From Solirubrobacterales bacterium (GTDB taxonomy: Bacteria > Actinomycetota > Thermoleophilia > Solirubrobacterales > Solirubrobacteraceae), in contig JAFAWR010000300.1 in the NCBI GenBank assembly GCA_019241635.1, positions 363 through 64,362 of the forward strand: 64,000 bases of DNA, read 5' to 3'. Position 1 is the first letter of the stretch. Every line of letters starts with the position of its first letter. Under the pieces are notes generated by a model. The model did no database searches, was not told the DNA's origin, and saw only the letters and a program-made list of their open reading frames with translations. Shown here piece after piece: positions 18,074 to 28,400 of this stretch. The position numbers were made by a program, and so were the translations under genes.

Positions 18074-19423
18074 ATGACAGCCAGCGCTCCTCGCGACTCC
18101 GTAATTGCCGTGGTGGGCGACGGCTTCGGATCGCTACTTGTACATGTGACGGCCCACTATCTGGGCTTCACAAACGACCAGATCACGGTCTTCGGCCCAA
18201 GTGACAACCCAGTCGGTACCTACCAGCAGTTCGCGTACAACCTGGGCCAGACGGTGCTGCGCTCGGAGTCCGAGTCGCACTTCCTCGGCCCGGACTGGCC
18301 GACGTTCGCGCAGCTCGACGCCTGGTCGCACAAGTCGCTGAAGCCGCTGTGGCGTACGACGCGGCGCAAGTACAACCCCGGGGTTCCCGAGATCTTGACC
18401 GAGGCCGCGGTGGTCGCGAGGCGGATCGGATGGAACGACGTGCGCGTCCCGACGCGGGTCGGGTGGCTGCAGCGACAGACCCAGCCGACGCCGCACTTCG
18501 TGATGTACGACGAGCAGGCCAACTTCATCGGGCGCGCCAAGCACGTGATGCTGTCGCCCGGCCATGGCCCGCTGTCGTTCCCGCCGGTGCTGGCCAAGGC
18601 GCGCAAGGATCCGGCGCTGGCCGACCGGATCGTGCAGGCCTACGAGCCCAAGGAGTATGCGGCGGGAGCGCGCTACATCGTGCTCGGCGCCGGGATCGCC
18701 TCGGTTAACGAGTGGGCGAACATCATCGACGCCGGCGGTTCGTGCCTGGCGCTGACGCGCAATCCTCAGCCCGAGACCCAGGACCTGAACGTCCCGCGCT
18801 GCCTGTTCGAGTCGATCGGGATCGACGCCTACACGCAGCTGCCGTTCGAGCAGCGGATCGAGTTCCTCGGGGAGGTGCTGCGCGGCACCCGTCCCGAGCG
18901 CCGGGAGTGGCACGCGCGGATCAAGACCGGGCAGGACGAGGGGCGCTTCGATGCCCTGATCGGCGAGATCGACAAGATCGAGCCGGGGCGAGCCGGGCTG
19001 CGCGTCCACGTCAAGAGCGATCACGGCGAGGATCCGGGCTGGCTGGACGTGACCGGCGTCGTCGCGGGCACCGGATTCAACAAGTCGGTGCTGACCCTTC
19101 CGCTGATGCGCCGGCTGGTCGAGTTCTACAACATCCCCGTGGTCAACGGGAAGATCCGGTTGCAGACCAACTGCGGCGTGCCGGGACTGGACCGGCCCGA
19201 GTCGCGACTGTGCTGTAACGGGCTGATCGCCAACAACGTGATCCCGCACGGCGACACGATTGCCGGGCTCAAGTTCATCTCCCGTCGCTTTGTCGCCGAC
19301 TGCGCGCGGGCCGAGAAGCTGCGCAAGCGACCGTTCGGCTCGCGGATGGCGTTGCAGTTCTCGATGGGGCGCGATGTCGCCACCGCGCTTCGCACCGTGG
19401 CCCCGACCCAGCAGCTCGCGTAA
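18074..19423 (+). CDS. Putative FAD/NAD(P)-dependent oxidoreductase, function unknown
   Basis: Two Rossmann-like motifs (IAVVGDGFGS; YIVLGAGIAS), LRS motif and AGTGF, resembling N-hydroxylase-like flavoproteins. Confidence 0.6.
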   Translation: MTASAPRDSVIAVVGDGFGSLLVHVTAHYLGFTNDQITVFGPSDNPVGTYQQFAYNLGQTVLRSESESHFLGPDWPTFAQLDAWSHKSLKPLWRTTRRKYNPGVPEILTEAAVVARRIGWNDVRVPTRVGWLQRQTQPTPHFVMYDEQANFIGRAKHVMLSPGHGPLSFPPVLAKARKDPALADRIVQAYEPKEYAAGARYIVLGAGIASVNEWANIIDAGGSCLALTRNPQPETQDLNVPRCLFESIGIDAYTQLPFEQRIEFLGEVLRGTRPERREWHARIKTGQDEGRFDALIGEIDKIEPGRAGLRVHVKSDHGEDPGWLDVTGVVAGTGFNKSVLTLPLMRRLVEFYNIPVVNGKIRLQTNCGVPGLDRPESRLCCNGLIANNVIPHGDTIAGLKFISRRFVADCARAEKLRKRPFGSRMALQFSMGRDVATALRTVAPTQQLA

Positions 19424-19435
19424 GGGGAGAGCACC

Positions 19436-20017
19436 ATGTGTCCGACCGTTCTAGGCCGCGTACAGACCCGCTGGGCGATCCTCATCATCCCGGCGATCAT
19501 CTGGACGATCGTCTCGCTGATCACCGGCAACCCAAGCTACATCGTGCTGATCGGGCTGTACTTCGTGATCGGCGTCGCGCTCGACACCGCGTTCTACCCG
19601 TTCATCATCCGCTGGCAGCCGCCGTGGCTGACCTTCACGCTGGCGGTGGGCGAGTTCATCCTGGTCTACCTGGCCGCCAACGTGCTCAAGGGCATCCACT
19701 TCAGCTCGCATCTGGTGCCGGTGCTCGTGTACTGGATCACCTGGGTGATCGCGATCTGGACCAAGGTGGTGATCCTGCCGCTGCTGTCGCTGAGCTGGGT
19801 CGAGAACGCCGGCGAGTTCCGCTCGACCGACTGGTCGGTCGCCCCGGAGTATCTGCCGCTGCCGGTGCAGCCGTTCACGCCCGAGCTGGCCACAGGCGGA
19901 ACGCCGCCGCTGGCGCGCAAGTTCTCGGCCGCGGTGATCGAGATCCCCGAGGAGCTGAGGCGCGCGCCGAGTCCATCCGGCGTGTTCCAGATCCCCACCG
20001 GGCCGCCGCCGGCGTAG
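19436..20017 (+). CDS. Membrane protein of unknown function (about 4 TM)
   Basis: Hydrophobic helices; GGGGAG RBS; 12 bp after the oxidoreductase. Confidence 0.75.
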   Translation: MCPTVLGRVQTRWAILIIPAIIWTIVSLITGNPSYIVLIGLYFVIGVALDTAFYPFIIRWQPPWLTFTLAVGEFILVYLAANVLKGIHFSSHLVPVLVYWITWVIAIWTKVVILPLLSLSWVENAGEFRSTDWSVAPEYLPLPVQPFTPELATGGTPPLARKFSAAVIEIPEELRRAPSPSGVFQIPTGPPPA

Positions 20018-20032
20018 CGCCGGGCGGTCGCC

Positions 20033-20830
20033 TCAGGCGGCGAGCCGCGCGATGACCTCGTCGCGGTCGGTGCCGTGGGCGGCGAGCACGCGATCGAAGT
20101 CGGGGCCGTAGAAGCGCATCGCGGCGAGCAGGATGTCGCCGGTGCCGACGCTCGCGGCCTCGCGCTTGCGGGCCAGGCGGGCGGCGAGCTCGGAGACCGC
20201 GCCGACCGGGTCGCGATCGTCGCGCTCGGTGTCGGTGCCGTGCGACTCGACCGCCTCGGCGTGGCCGGCCTCGCCCAGCGGCGCCTCGCCCACGCCGAGC
20301 GCGCACAGCACGCGCGCGGCCTCGCCGTGCAGGCGCAGGATGCGCAGCCAGCGCAGCGCCTCGGCGCGACGGGAGGCGGCGAACGGCATCGCGGTGGCGG
20401 CCAGGCCGAGTGCCATCGCGGCGTCGGTGCACAGGGGCAGGGAGCCCGCGCCGTTCGTGCTGAGCGCCTCATCGAGCGTGCCGAAGCTGTCGAAGCAGGC
20501 GTCGAGCCCGGTCATCTCGAGCAGCTTGCGCTGGGTGGCGGGCATGCAGGCCAGGGCGAGCTGGGCGCTGCCCTCGACGCGCTTGCGGAAGCCGACGAGC
20601 ACGCCGAGCCCCATCGAGTCCATGTAGGTGAGCTGCGACAGGTCGATCACGTACTGGGCATAGCCCTTCTCCAGCAGCTCGACCAGCGTCCACTTGAGCT
20701 GGGGAGCGGCGGCCAGATCCAGGTCTCCCTCGACGGTCACCACGCAGACCCGATCATCGAGGACCCGGTGCGTGACCGCGAACGCGGCGGGGCTCGGCTC
20801 CTGGGGGATTCTGTCGAGCGAGCTCTCCAT
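20033..20830 (-). CDS. STAS (anti-sigma antagonist) domain fused to a Clp-N-like helical domain
   Basis: VEGDLDL..AP, IDLSQLTYMDSMGLGVL (phospho-Ser motif); C-term AARLA..R....VGTGDILLA. Confidence 0.8.
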   Translation of the reverse strand: MESSLDRIPQEPSPAAFAVTHRVLDDRVCVVTVEGDLDLAAAPQLKWTLVELLEKGYAQYVIDLSQLTYMDSMGLGVLVGFRKRVEGSAQLALACMPATQRKLLEMTGLDACFDSFGTLDEALSTNGAGSLPLCTDAAMALGLAATAMPFAASRRAEALRWLRILRLHGEAARVLCALGVGEAPLGEAGHAEAVESHGTDTERDDRDPVGAVSELAARLARKREAASVGTGDILLAAMRFYGPDFDRVLAAHGTDRDEVIARLAA

Positions 20831-20925
20831 GCTGAGGAAGTTTTCGGCCGCGGCCGCGGATGCGTTACCGGCCGTGAGCAGGCTCGACAAACGTACGTAT
20901 GGCGAACAAAAACCGGTGGGTTGAC

Positions 20926-22743
20926 TCAGGCCGGCGTCTGGGCGGCCTCGGCTTGAGCCGCGGCCGGCGCCGGGCCCTCGTCGAGGCCCCACAGCTTCAT
21001 CCGCGCCACCCGGCCGCGGATCTCGACCTCGTCGACGAAGACCAGATCGTCGGCCGGCGCGAGGAGCGCCTGCTTGGTGGAGTCCGAGAGCAGCAGCTGA
21101 TGGGGCGTCCCCTTGGTCATCGATTCGATGCGCGAGGCGGTGTTGGTGGTGTCGCCGACCGCGGCGTACTCGACGCGGCGCTCGGAGCCGACGTGACCGG
21201 ACATCACGTTGCCGCTGTTCAGTCCGATGCCCATGCGGAACCCGTCGCCGAGACCCTGCGAGCTGATCCACTCGTTGAAGCGCGGCAGGCGCACCTCGAG
21301 CATCTCCCGCGCCGTCCGCAGGGCCCGGTCGGCGTGATCGTTCATGGCCAAGGGCGCGCCGAACACGGCGAAGATCCCGTCGCCCATGTAGGCCACGAGC
21401 GTGCCGCCGTTGTCGAGGATGGCGTCGGACATCTCGCTCAGGTAGTGGTTGAGGACGTCGATCACCTGAGCCGGCGTGAGCTTCTCGGAGAACGAGGTGA
21501 ACCCGCGCAGGTCGGTGAACATGACCGTGCCCTCGCGCTGGATGCCCCCCAGGCGCAGGCCGTCGGCGCTCTTGAGCACCTCGTCGACGACGTTCTCCGG
21601 GACGAAGCGGGCGAACAGGTCGACGGTGCGGATCCGCTCGAACGCCTCGGTGACCAGGCCCACGGCGAGCGAGCCGATTCCGCTCAGGATCAGCGCCAGC
21701 AGCGGGTAGACGAACGACACGATCGTGCCGCCGTTGAACAGCAGCTGCGCGACGATCGCGAAGACGATCCCGATGGCCACGGCGATCCCGATCGACACGA
21801 TCGGGCGCACGCGCAGGGCGGCCAGCGGGACGGCAACCCCGAAGAGCACGATCAGCACCACGTTGACCCAGCCCGGCGTGGCCGAGAGCGGGAAGCCGCG
21901 CAGGACGGTGTTGATCGCGTTGGCCTGGACCTCGGCACCGGGCATTTCCGCGTCGGTTGGCGTCGGGTGGAGATCCTGCAGGTCGCTCCCGGTTGGACCG
22001 ATCACGACGATCTTGTGGGCGAAGAAGCTCGGCGCGATGTTGCCCGTGTAGACGTCGGCGAACGAGACCGTGCGGATGGTGCCGGTGCCGCCGACATAGT
22101 CGATCCACTTCGTCCCCGCAAACGGACGCACGCGCTTGCCCGTGGCCGTTTCGGCGGTGGCCACCGGGAAGGTCACGAGCTTGTCGATCGAGTAGGACGT
22201 TCGCCGGATGTAGTTGCCCGGATCGAACGGGAACAGCGTGATGCCTGGCTCGACGCCGGCCTGGCGCAACGCCTTCTGCGTCTGCGCTTGGCCGATCAGG
22301 CGGACGTCACCATTGGAGTCGGTCTCCTGGAACGACAGCACGACGCGACCGTTGACGTTGTTGCCTCCGAGCGCATTCAGGAGAGCCACGTCGTCCTTCT
22401 GGCCGAGCGAGCTGGGATCGGCGAACGCGATGTCGAAGGCCACCGCAGCAGGACGACCGGCACCGATGCGATCAAGCACCTTGGCCTCGATCGCACGTGG
22501 GAAGGGCCACTGCTTGTTGATCGTCGCGATGCTCGCGTCGTCAATGCCGACCACCACGATGTTGGACGGCGGCTTTTCGTTGCCGCGGACCGAAAATCTG
22601 GCGTCCACCGTGTTCAGATCCAACGTGCGCAGCGCCCGCGCGGCATACCCGCCGAGCGCCATCCCCGTCGCCACGATCGCCACCAGCGCGAGAAGCAGCA
22701 CCTTCAGGTTCCGGTTGCTCCCGAGTAGCCGCGTCCCTTTCAT
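20926..22743 (-). CDS. CHASE2-domain membrane class III nucleotide cyclase
   Basis: N-term TM, CHASE2 (IVVVGIDD.S, WPFPR, AFDIAF, MPGAEVQANAI), 3 TM, cyclase (FTDLRGFT, GD, GIGLNSG, GDTTNTASR). Confidence 0.92.
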   Translation of the reverse strand: MKGTRLLGSNRNLKVLLLALVAIVATGMALGGYAARALRTLDLNTVDARFSVRGNEKPPSNIVVVGIDDASIATINKQWPFPRAIEAKVLDRIGAGRPAAVAFDIAFADPSSLGQKDDVALLNALGGNNVNGRVVLSFQETDSNGDVRLIGQAQTQKALRQAGVEPGITLFPFDPGNYIRRTSYSIDKLVTFPVATAETATGKRVRPFAGTKWIDYVGGTGTIRTVSFADVYTGNIAPSFFAHKIVVIGPTGSDLQDLHPTPTDAEMPGAEVQANAINTVLRGFPLSATPGWVNVVLIVLFGVAVPLAALRVRPIVSIGIAVAIGIVFAIVAQLLFNGGTIVSFVYPLLALILSGIGSLAVGLVTEAFERIRTVDLFARFVPENVVDEVLKSADGLRLGGIQREGTVMFTDLRGFTSFSEKLTPAQVIDVLNHYLSEMSDAILDNGGTLVAYMGDGIFAVFGAPLAMNDHADRALRTAREMLEVRLPRFNEWISSQGLGDGFRMGIGLNSGNVMSGHVGSERRVEYAAVGDTTNTASRIESMTKGTPHQLLLSDSTKQALLAPADDLVFVDEVEIRGRVARMKLWGLDEGPAPAAAQAEAAQTPA

Positions 22744-22960
22744 GTATCCATCCCCTCGCGGATTGGCCCCAAATTCGCCCCCGTCAGCGCGGCCCGCAGG
22801 CAGCGTCAAACGTGAAGCCAGTCTACGCGCTGATCGGACGCCCGACAACCCCGGAGTTGACGAGCGGCCTGGACGCGCTTTACCGTCCCGGCAGGGACCG
22901 AACGTGGGACAAGGACGACGAGGGATCATCTGGGCGATGGCTGCGGTCGGTTCGGCCGGC

Positions 22961-23050
22961 GCGACGAGCGCGCCGGCCGCGGCGAGCGCGCCGGCCGTGG
23001 CGAGCGCGCCAGCGGCCGCGGCGAGCGCGCCAGCGGCGCCGAGCGCCGGC
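22961..23050. repeat. Imperfect 18-21 bp tandem repeat (GCGAGCGCGCCGGCCGCG units)
   Basis: About five units between the divergent cyclase and response regulator. Confidence 0.65.
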
Positions 23051-23078
23051 CAGACCTATCTCGCCAGGGCGCACTGAC

Positions 23079-23705
23079 GTGGCCGCCGACCCCATCACGA
23101 TCGTGATCGCCGACGACCACGCGGTGGTGCGACAGGGGCTGCGGCTGCTGCTCGAGGCCGAGGAGGGACTCGCGGTGATCGGCGAGTCGAGCGACATCGC
23201 GCAGACCGCCGCACTGCTGCGCGAGTGCACGCCCGCGGTGGTGCTGCTCGATCTCCACATGGGGCGGGATCTCAGCCTGAGCGCGTTGTTCGAGCTGCGC
23301 TCGGCCTCGCCGGGGACCCGCGTGGTGATCCTCACCATGGAGGACGACCCCGCCTTCGTCGCCCCCGCCTGGAATGCGGGGGCCGCCGGCTACGTACTCA
23401 AGGAGGCCTCCCGAGGAGATCTCGTGCGAGCCATCCGCACGGTGGCCAGGGGCGGGCGCTACCTGGATCCGGCGATCGGCGGATGGGCGCTGACCAGCGA
23501 CTCAGACGCCGCGCTCACCGAGCGCGAGCTCGAGGTGTTGCGACTGGTGGCGCTCGGGCATACCAACAGCGAGATCGCCGCCCGCATGTACATCAGCCCC
23601 CGCACGGTCGAGACCCATCGCGCGAACCTGCAGGCCAAGCTCGGGCTGACCGGGCGACCCGAGCTCGTGCGTTACGCGCTCGAGCACGGGGTGATCCATC
23701 GATGA
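23079..23705 (+). CDS. NarL/LuxR-family response regulator
   Basis: IADDHAVVR, LLDL, GYVLK, LTERELEVL..VALGHTN.EIA HTH. Confidence 0.92.
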   Translation: MAADPITIVIADDHAVVRQGLRLLLEAEEGLAVIGESSDIAQTAALLRECTPAVVLLDLHMGRDLSLSALFELRSASPGTRVVILTMEDDPAFVAPAWNAGAAGYVLKEASRGDLVRAIRTVARGGRYLDPAIGGWALTSDSDAALTERELEVLRLVALGHTNSEIAARMYISPRTVETHRANLQAKLGLTGRPELVRYALEHGVIHR

Positions 23706-25342
23706 GCGCGGGGACGCGAGCCGACGAACCACCGATCAGCGCGGGCGCCGCGCGGGCGCGGCAGATCGAGCTCGAGGCCGCCCAGCGCCGGGTCATCGAG
23801 CGCCTCCGGGCCAGCGCTCCGCCGCCTTCGTCGGCCACCAAGCGGGTTCTGATTGTCGCGGGCGCCGCGCTGCTGTTCGCGGCAACGTTCGCCGCCCGAG
23901 TGGTGATCAGCGACCCCGATGCGCTGCTGGCCAACTTCTACATCGTCCCGATCGCGGTGCTGGCCATCGAGTTCGGGACCCGGGCCGGGCTGCTCGCTGC
24001 CGCCGTCGCCGAAGCCCTGGTGCCCGCCTGGAGCGTGATCGACAACGTCAACGTCCACCCGCTCGGCTACATCGCGCGCGGCGCCGCTTTCGTGATCACC
24101 GGCCTGGTGGTCGGCCGCTTCTCCGAGCGGCTGCGGGGCGACATGGCGGTCCGACAGGACGCCCAGCGCGATCTGGCCCTGTACGCCGACCAGCTCGAGG
24201 CGAGCAACCGGGGACTGGCCCGGAGCGTCGAGCGGCTCGAGGCGTTCGCGGAGATCGCTCGGGCGGTGGGCGGCGAGACCGAGCTCGACCGGGTGCTCTC
24301 GCTGATCCTGGCCCAGGGCCGCGAGATCGTCGCCGCGCGCACGCTGGTCATGTACCTGCCGGAGGGGGACGAGCTGGCCGCGGTCAGCGGCAGCGCCATG
24401 CGCTCGGACTCGCAGCCTCGATTGCCATTGAACGGCTCGCTGGCCGGTCAGGTGCTGTTGACCGGGCGTCCCCGGCGGGTGGGTCCCGAGGTCGACCGGG
24501 CGCAGCTTTCGCAGCTCGCGCCCGACGCCCGGGCGGCGATCCTGGTGCCGCTGGTCTTCCGCGGCGAGCCACTCGGGGTGCTGGCCGGCATCAACGGCGA
24601 GGGTGAGCGCGCGTTCGCCGAGGAGGACGAGCAGCTCCTGATGTCGGTGGCGGCCAGTGCGGCCACCGCGGTGGCGACCGCGCGCTCGGTGGCGGCGGCG
24701 CGGTTGCGACTGAGCGTCGAGGCCGCCGATCAGGCCCGAGCGCGCTGGGCTCGCGAGCTGCACGACGAAACCCTGCAGGGGCTGACCGGTGCACGCATGG
24801 TGCTTTCGGGCGGCATGGCCCGGGGCGATCCCGGCGCGTTGCGCCGCGCCGCCGAGGCGGCCGACGCGCACCTCGCCGAGGAGATGCGAAAGCTGCGCGA
24901 CCTGATCGCCGAGCTGCGCCCGGCTGCACTCGACGACCTGGGGCTGGGGCCGGCGATCGAGTCGCTGGCCAAGCGCCAGGCGGCGATCGGAGGCTTCGCG
25001 GTCGAGCTCGATGTCGAGCTCGAATCCGAGCGCCGGCTGGACCGCGACACCGAGACCGCGATCTACCGGATCGTGCAGGAGGCGCTGAGCAACGCGGTCA
25101 AGCACGCCGGGGCGCGAGCGGTGAGCCTGCGGGTCACCCAGCTGCCCGACCGGGTCCAGGTGGCGGTCGAGGACGACGGCGCCGGCTTCGATCCGGATGG
25201 GGTGCAGGCCGGGTTCGGCCTGACCGGGATGCGCGAGCGCGCGCTGCTCGCGGGCGGCCGACTTTGGGTCGCCTCGGCCGACGGCGGGCCCACGCGCGTG
25301 GCGGCAGTGCTGCCGTTGCCGGCAAACGGCCGGCGCTCGTAG
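23702..25342 (+). CDS. Membrane sensor histidine kinase (GAF, HisKA_3, HATPase)
   Basis: ARELHDETLQ, QEALSNAVKHA, VEDDGAGF, GFGLTGMRER; ATGA overlap with the regulator. Confidence 0.92.
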   Translation: MSAGTRADEPPISAGAARARQIELEAAQRRVIERLRASAPPPSSATKRVLIVAGAALLFAATFAARVVISDPDALLANFYIVPIAVLAIEFGTRAGLLAAAVAEALVPAWSVIDNVNVHPLGYIARGAAFVITGLVVGRFSERLRGDMAVRQDAQRDLALYADQLEASNRGLARSVERLEAFAEIARAVGGETELDRVLSLILAQGREIVAARTLVMYLPEGDELAAVSGSAMRSDSQPRLPLNGSLAGQVLLTGRPRRVGPEVDRAQLSQLAPDARAAILVPLVFRGEPLGVLAGINGEGERAFAEEDEQLLMSVAASAATAVATARSVAAARLRLSVEAADQARARWARELHDETLQGLTGARMVLSGGMARGDPGALRRAAEAADAHLAEEMRKLRDLIAELRPAALDDLGLGPAIESLAKRQAAIGGFAVELDVELESERRLDRDTETAIYRIVQEALSNAVKHAGARAVSLRVTQLPDRVQVAVEDDGAGFDPDGVQAGFGLTGMRERALLAGGRLWVASADGGPTRVAAVLPLPANGRRS

Positions 25343-25348
25343 AGCGCG

Positions 25349-25382
25349 CCACGGCCCGGAACCAGCCGGTCCCGGGCCGCGG
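25349..25382. terminator. Hairpin between convergent genes
   Basis: CCACGGCCCGGAACC-AGCC-GGTCCCGGGCCGCGG imperfect inverted repeat. Confidence 0.5.
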
Positions 25383-25408
25383 TGGTTAGCCCCCTTACGG
25401 CGACGTGA

Positions 25409-28400
25409 TCAGGAGACCGAGATCGGTGGCTCGTCGGACGAGGGACCGCCGCCGGGTGCGGCCGGCGCCGGTGCGCCGGATACGGAGCGCGGCGAGAGCC
25501 CCAGCATGCCGGGGCCGCCGGCCATCGACCACTTGAACTGCGTGACGTTCTCCTTCGGAGCGAACAGCCCGGACCGCGAGCCGCGGCGTACGAACAGCAC
25601 CGGCGCCGGCGCCGCCTTGGCGATCGCCGAGCGGGTCGGGCCGAGGCCCTCCTTCCGCCACCGCTCGGAGAGGCCGAGCACCAGCAGCCCCGCCTGCTCG
25701 GCCGCGGCCACGATGCCTTCGCGACCGCCGGCGACGACCAGCGGCTCGGTGGCGATCCCGGTGGCCTGCTGCACGAGCAACCCGGCGTCAGCGAGCAGCC
25801 GCGTCACCGACTTGCCCTCGTCGGACTGGCCCGCGGCGCCGAGGAGCCTGAGCGGCGCCCCGGTGTTCGACGCCAGCCACGAGCCAAGCTCGAGCGCGGC
25901 CCAGTCGTGCTCGGCGCCGCCGAACGGAACCAGGATCGGCTTGTCGGGACCGAGCTCGATCGGATCGCCCTCCTTGGCGACCAGCACGGCCACGTCGGAC
26001 ACGGCATGTTCCATGAGCTCGCCGACCTCGCCGAGCGGGACGCCCTCACCCACCAGCCGACGTCGCCCGTCGGTGAGCACCAGATCGACCGGCTCGTGAT
26101 CGACGATGTGGGCGAGGTCCGAGCCGGGGCTCGACGAGGTGAGCGCCACGCCACGGGCTACGACACCCTCGAGGGCGAGCCGCTCGCGCAGGTCGTTGAT
26201 CGCTCGCGATGCCCGCTCGAGCGCGAGGTTCTCCGACTGCAGGCCGCCGCGCACGCCGGCGCCCGCGCCCCTGGGGGGCTGGACCAGGCGCGCGATGATC
26301 AGCTCGCGGGCCGGCTCGGACCGGGCCAGCGGCTCGGCCAGCGCCACCAGCTGCCCGATGGCGCCGTCGGTTTGCGGAGCGACCAGGATCGAGCGCTCCG
26401 GCACCGGGAGCTCCGGGTGCGCCTGGACCGCGGCGAGCGCGGCGTCGGCGAACTCGTCCTCGATGCCACGGCCGTACTCGTTGCGCGGGTCGAGCAGCTT
26501 GAGCAGCGGCCCGGCCATCAGGGTCGTCACGACCGCCATGATCACCAGCATCGCGAACAGCGTGTTCGAGATCGCGCCGACGTCCAGAGCCAGGTTGAGG
26601 ACGATCAGCTCGGTCAGCCCCCGGGTGTTCATCAGCGTCCCGATGACCGACGATTCCTTCCAGCTGTAGCCGGTAACCCGGGCGGCGATCGCGGCGCCGG
26701 CGAGCTTGCCGAGGATCGCCACCGCGATCAGCAGCAGCGTGAGCAGCCACAGCTCCGGACGGTCGAGCAGGCCGACGTTCGTCCGCAGGCCGGTGTAGAC
26801 GAAGAACACCGGCAGCAGCAGGGTGACCACGAAGTCGTCGATCCGGCGGGTGATCTCCTCGTTCAGGCGCGCGTGCCGCGGCATGATCATGCCGAACACG
26901 AAGCCGCCGAAGATGAACGCGATGTTGATCTCCTCGGTCACGTAGGCGGAGAGCAGGACGCCGATGACGATCGCGGCGAACCACGCGCCGGGCATTCGTC
27001 CCACCTCGTCGAACGCGGTCGCCATGCGCGCAACGACGCGCCGGACGATCAACACCATGACCAGCGTGTAGGCAGTCGCCTCGCCGATCGTCTTCGCCAC
27101 GTCCCCGAACGTCCCCGACGAAGCGATCGTGACCGCGAGCGCGATCAGGAACCAAGCGGTGACGTCGTCGACCGCGGCGCACGCGATGGCCAGCGAGCCG
27201 AGCGGGCGCTTGATCATGCGGCGCTCGGCCAGGATCCTGGCCAGCACCGGGAACGCCGTGATCGACATCGCCACGCCCATGAACAGCGCGAACGCGACGA
27301 ACTTCTTGTCCGGCCCGACGAGCTTGTAGAGCGGGAGCGCAACCGCGATGCCGAGCAGCATCGGCACGGCGACGCTGGTGTTCGAGATCGCCGTGGCCTG
27401 GGCGACCTTGCCCTTCAGCGAGCCTCGATCGACCTCGAGCCCGACCAGGAACATGTAGAAGATCAGGCCGAGGTTGGCCACCACCCCGAGCGCGGACAAG
27501 GTGTCGCTCGGGAAGAAGGTCGCCTGCAGGTTGGCCGAGAACGCGCCGAGCAGCGACGGGCCCAGGCAAAGGCCGGCGATCACCTCCCCCATCACGCGCG
27601 GCTGGCCGACCTTCACCGCGATGACCCCGAACACGCGGGCGACGATCAGCACGATCGCGATGGCCAGGAAGATGGCCGCGATCAGCTTGTTGGCGTCGGC
27701 GCGCTGCTTGGTCGCGGTGAACTTCTCGCCCGCGGGAGACAGACCGGAGGGGGTGGTCAGAGCCGGCTTGGCCTGCGAGGCCGTCGACGGGACCGGCGCG
27801 GCGACCTGGAGCGGGATCACCGTGACCTTCTGAAGCTGGAGGTCGTTGGCGGACGCGGTGAGGCGCGCGGTGCCGCCCTTGATGCACTTGACGTCGCCGA
27901 ACACGCCGGAGGTCTTGCTCGAGTACGCGACCGATCCGAGCAGCGCGCTGCTCGACGAGTAGAGCTGAGCGGACGACCCCGTGCCGTGGATCGAGAACGA
28001 GCTGCCGAAGCAGGTCGAGGCCGGCGACAGCGCGTAGGTGCCCTGGATATTCGGCGGCGTGCGCGGCGCGGCCGCGCCCGGAGCGGGCGGAGCGGCGCTG
28101 AAGCTGGCGGAGAATGGGGCCCCGCCGAGGGTCCCCTTGATCGCGGCTTTGGCGCCCGGGGTGGCGATCGCATCGAGCTTCTGCGACCCACCGGCCACGC
28201 AGTTCACCGTGCCGGTCAGGCGATGGCTGTTGCCGGCGAGTGCCGTCCCGCTGAGCCGTAGCTGCCCGCCGAGGGTGTTCTGGTTGTTGGTGAAGTTCAC
28301 GAACTGCCCGGACTGGAGCAGATTGAACGACGGGCCTGCCGCCGCCACCTGCGTCGGCGCCGTCGACGGCAGCGGAACCCCGCCAGCGGGCTTCGGCACC

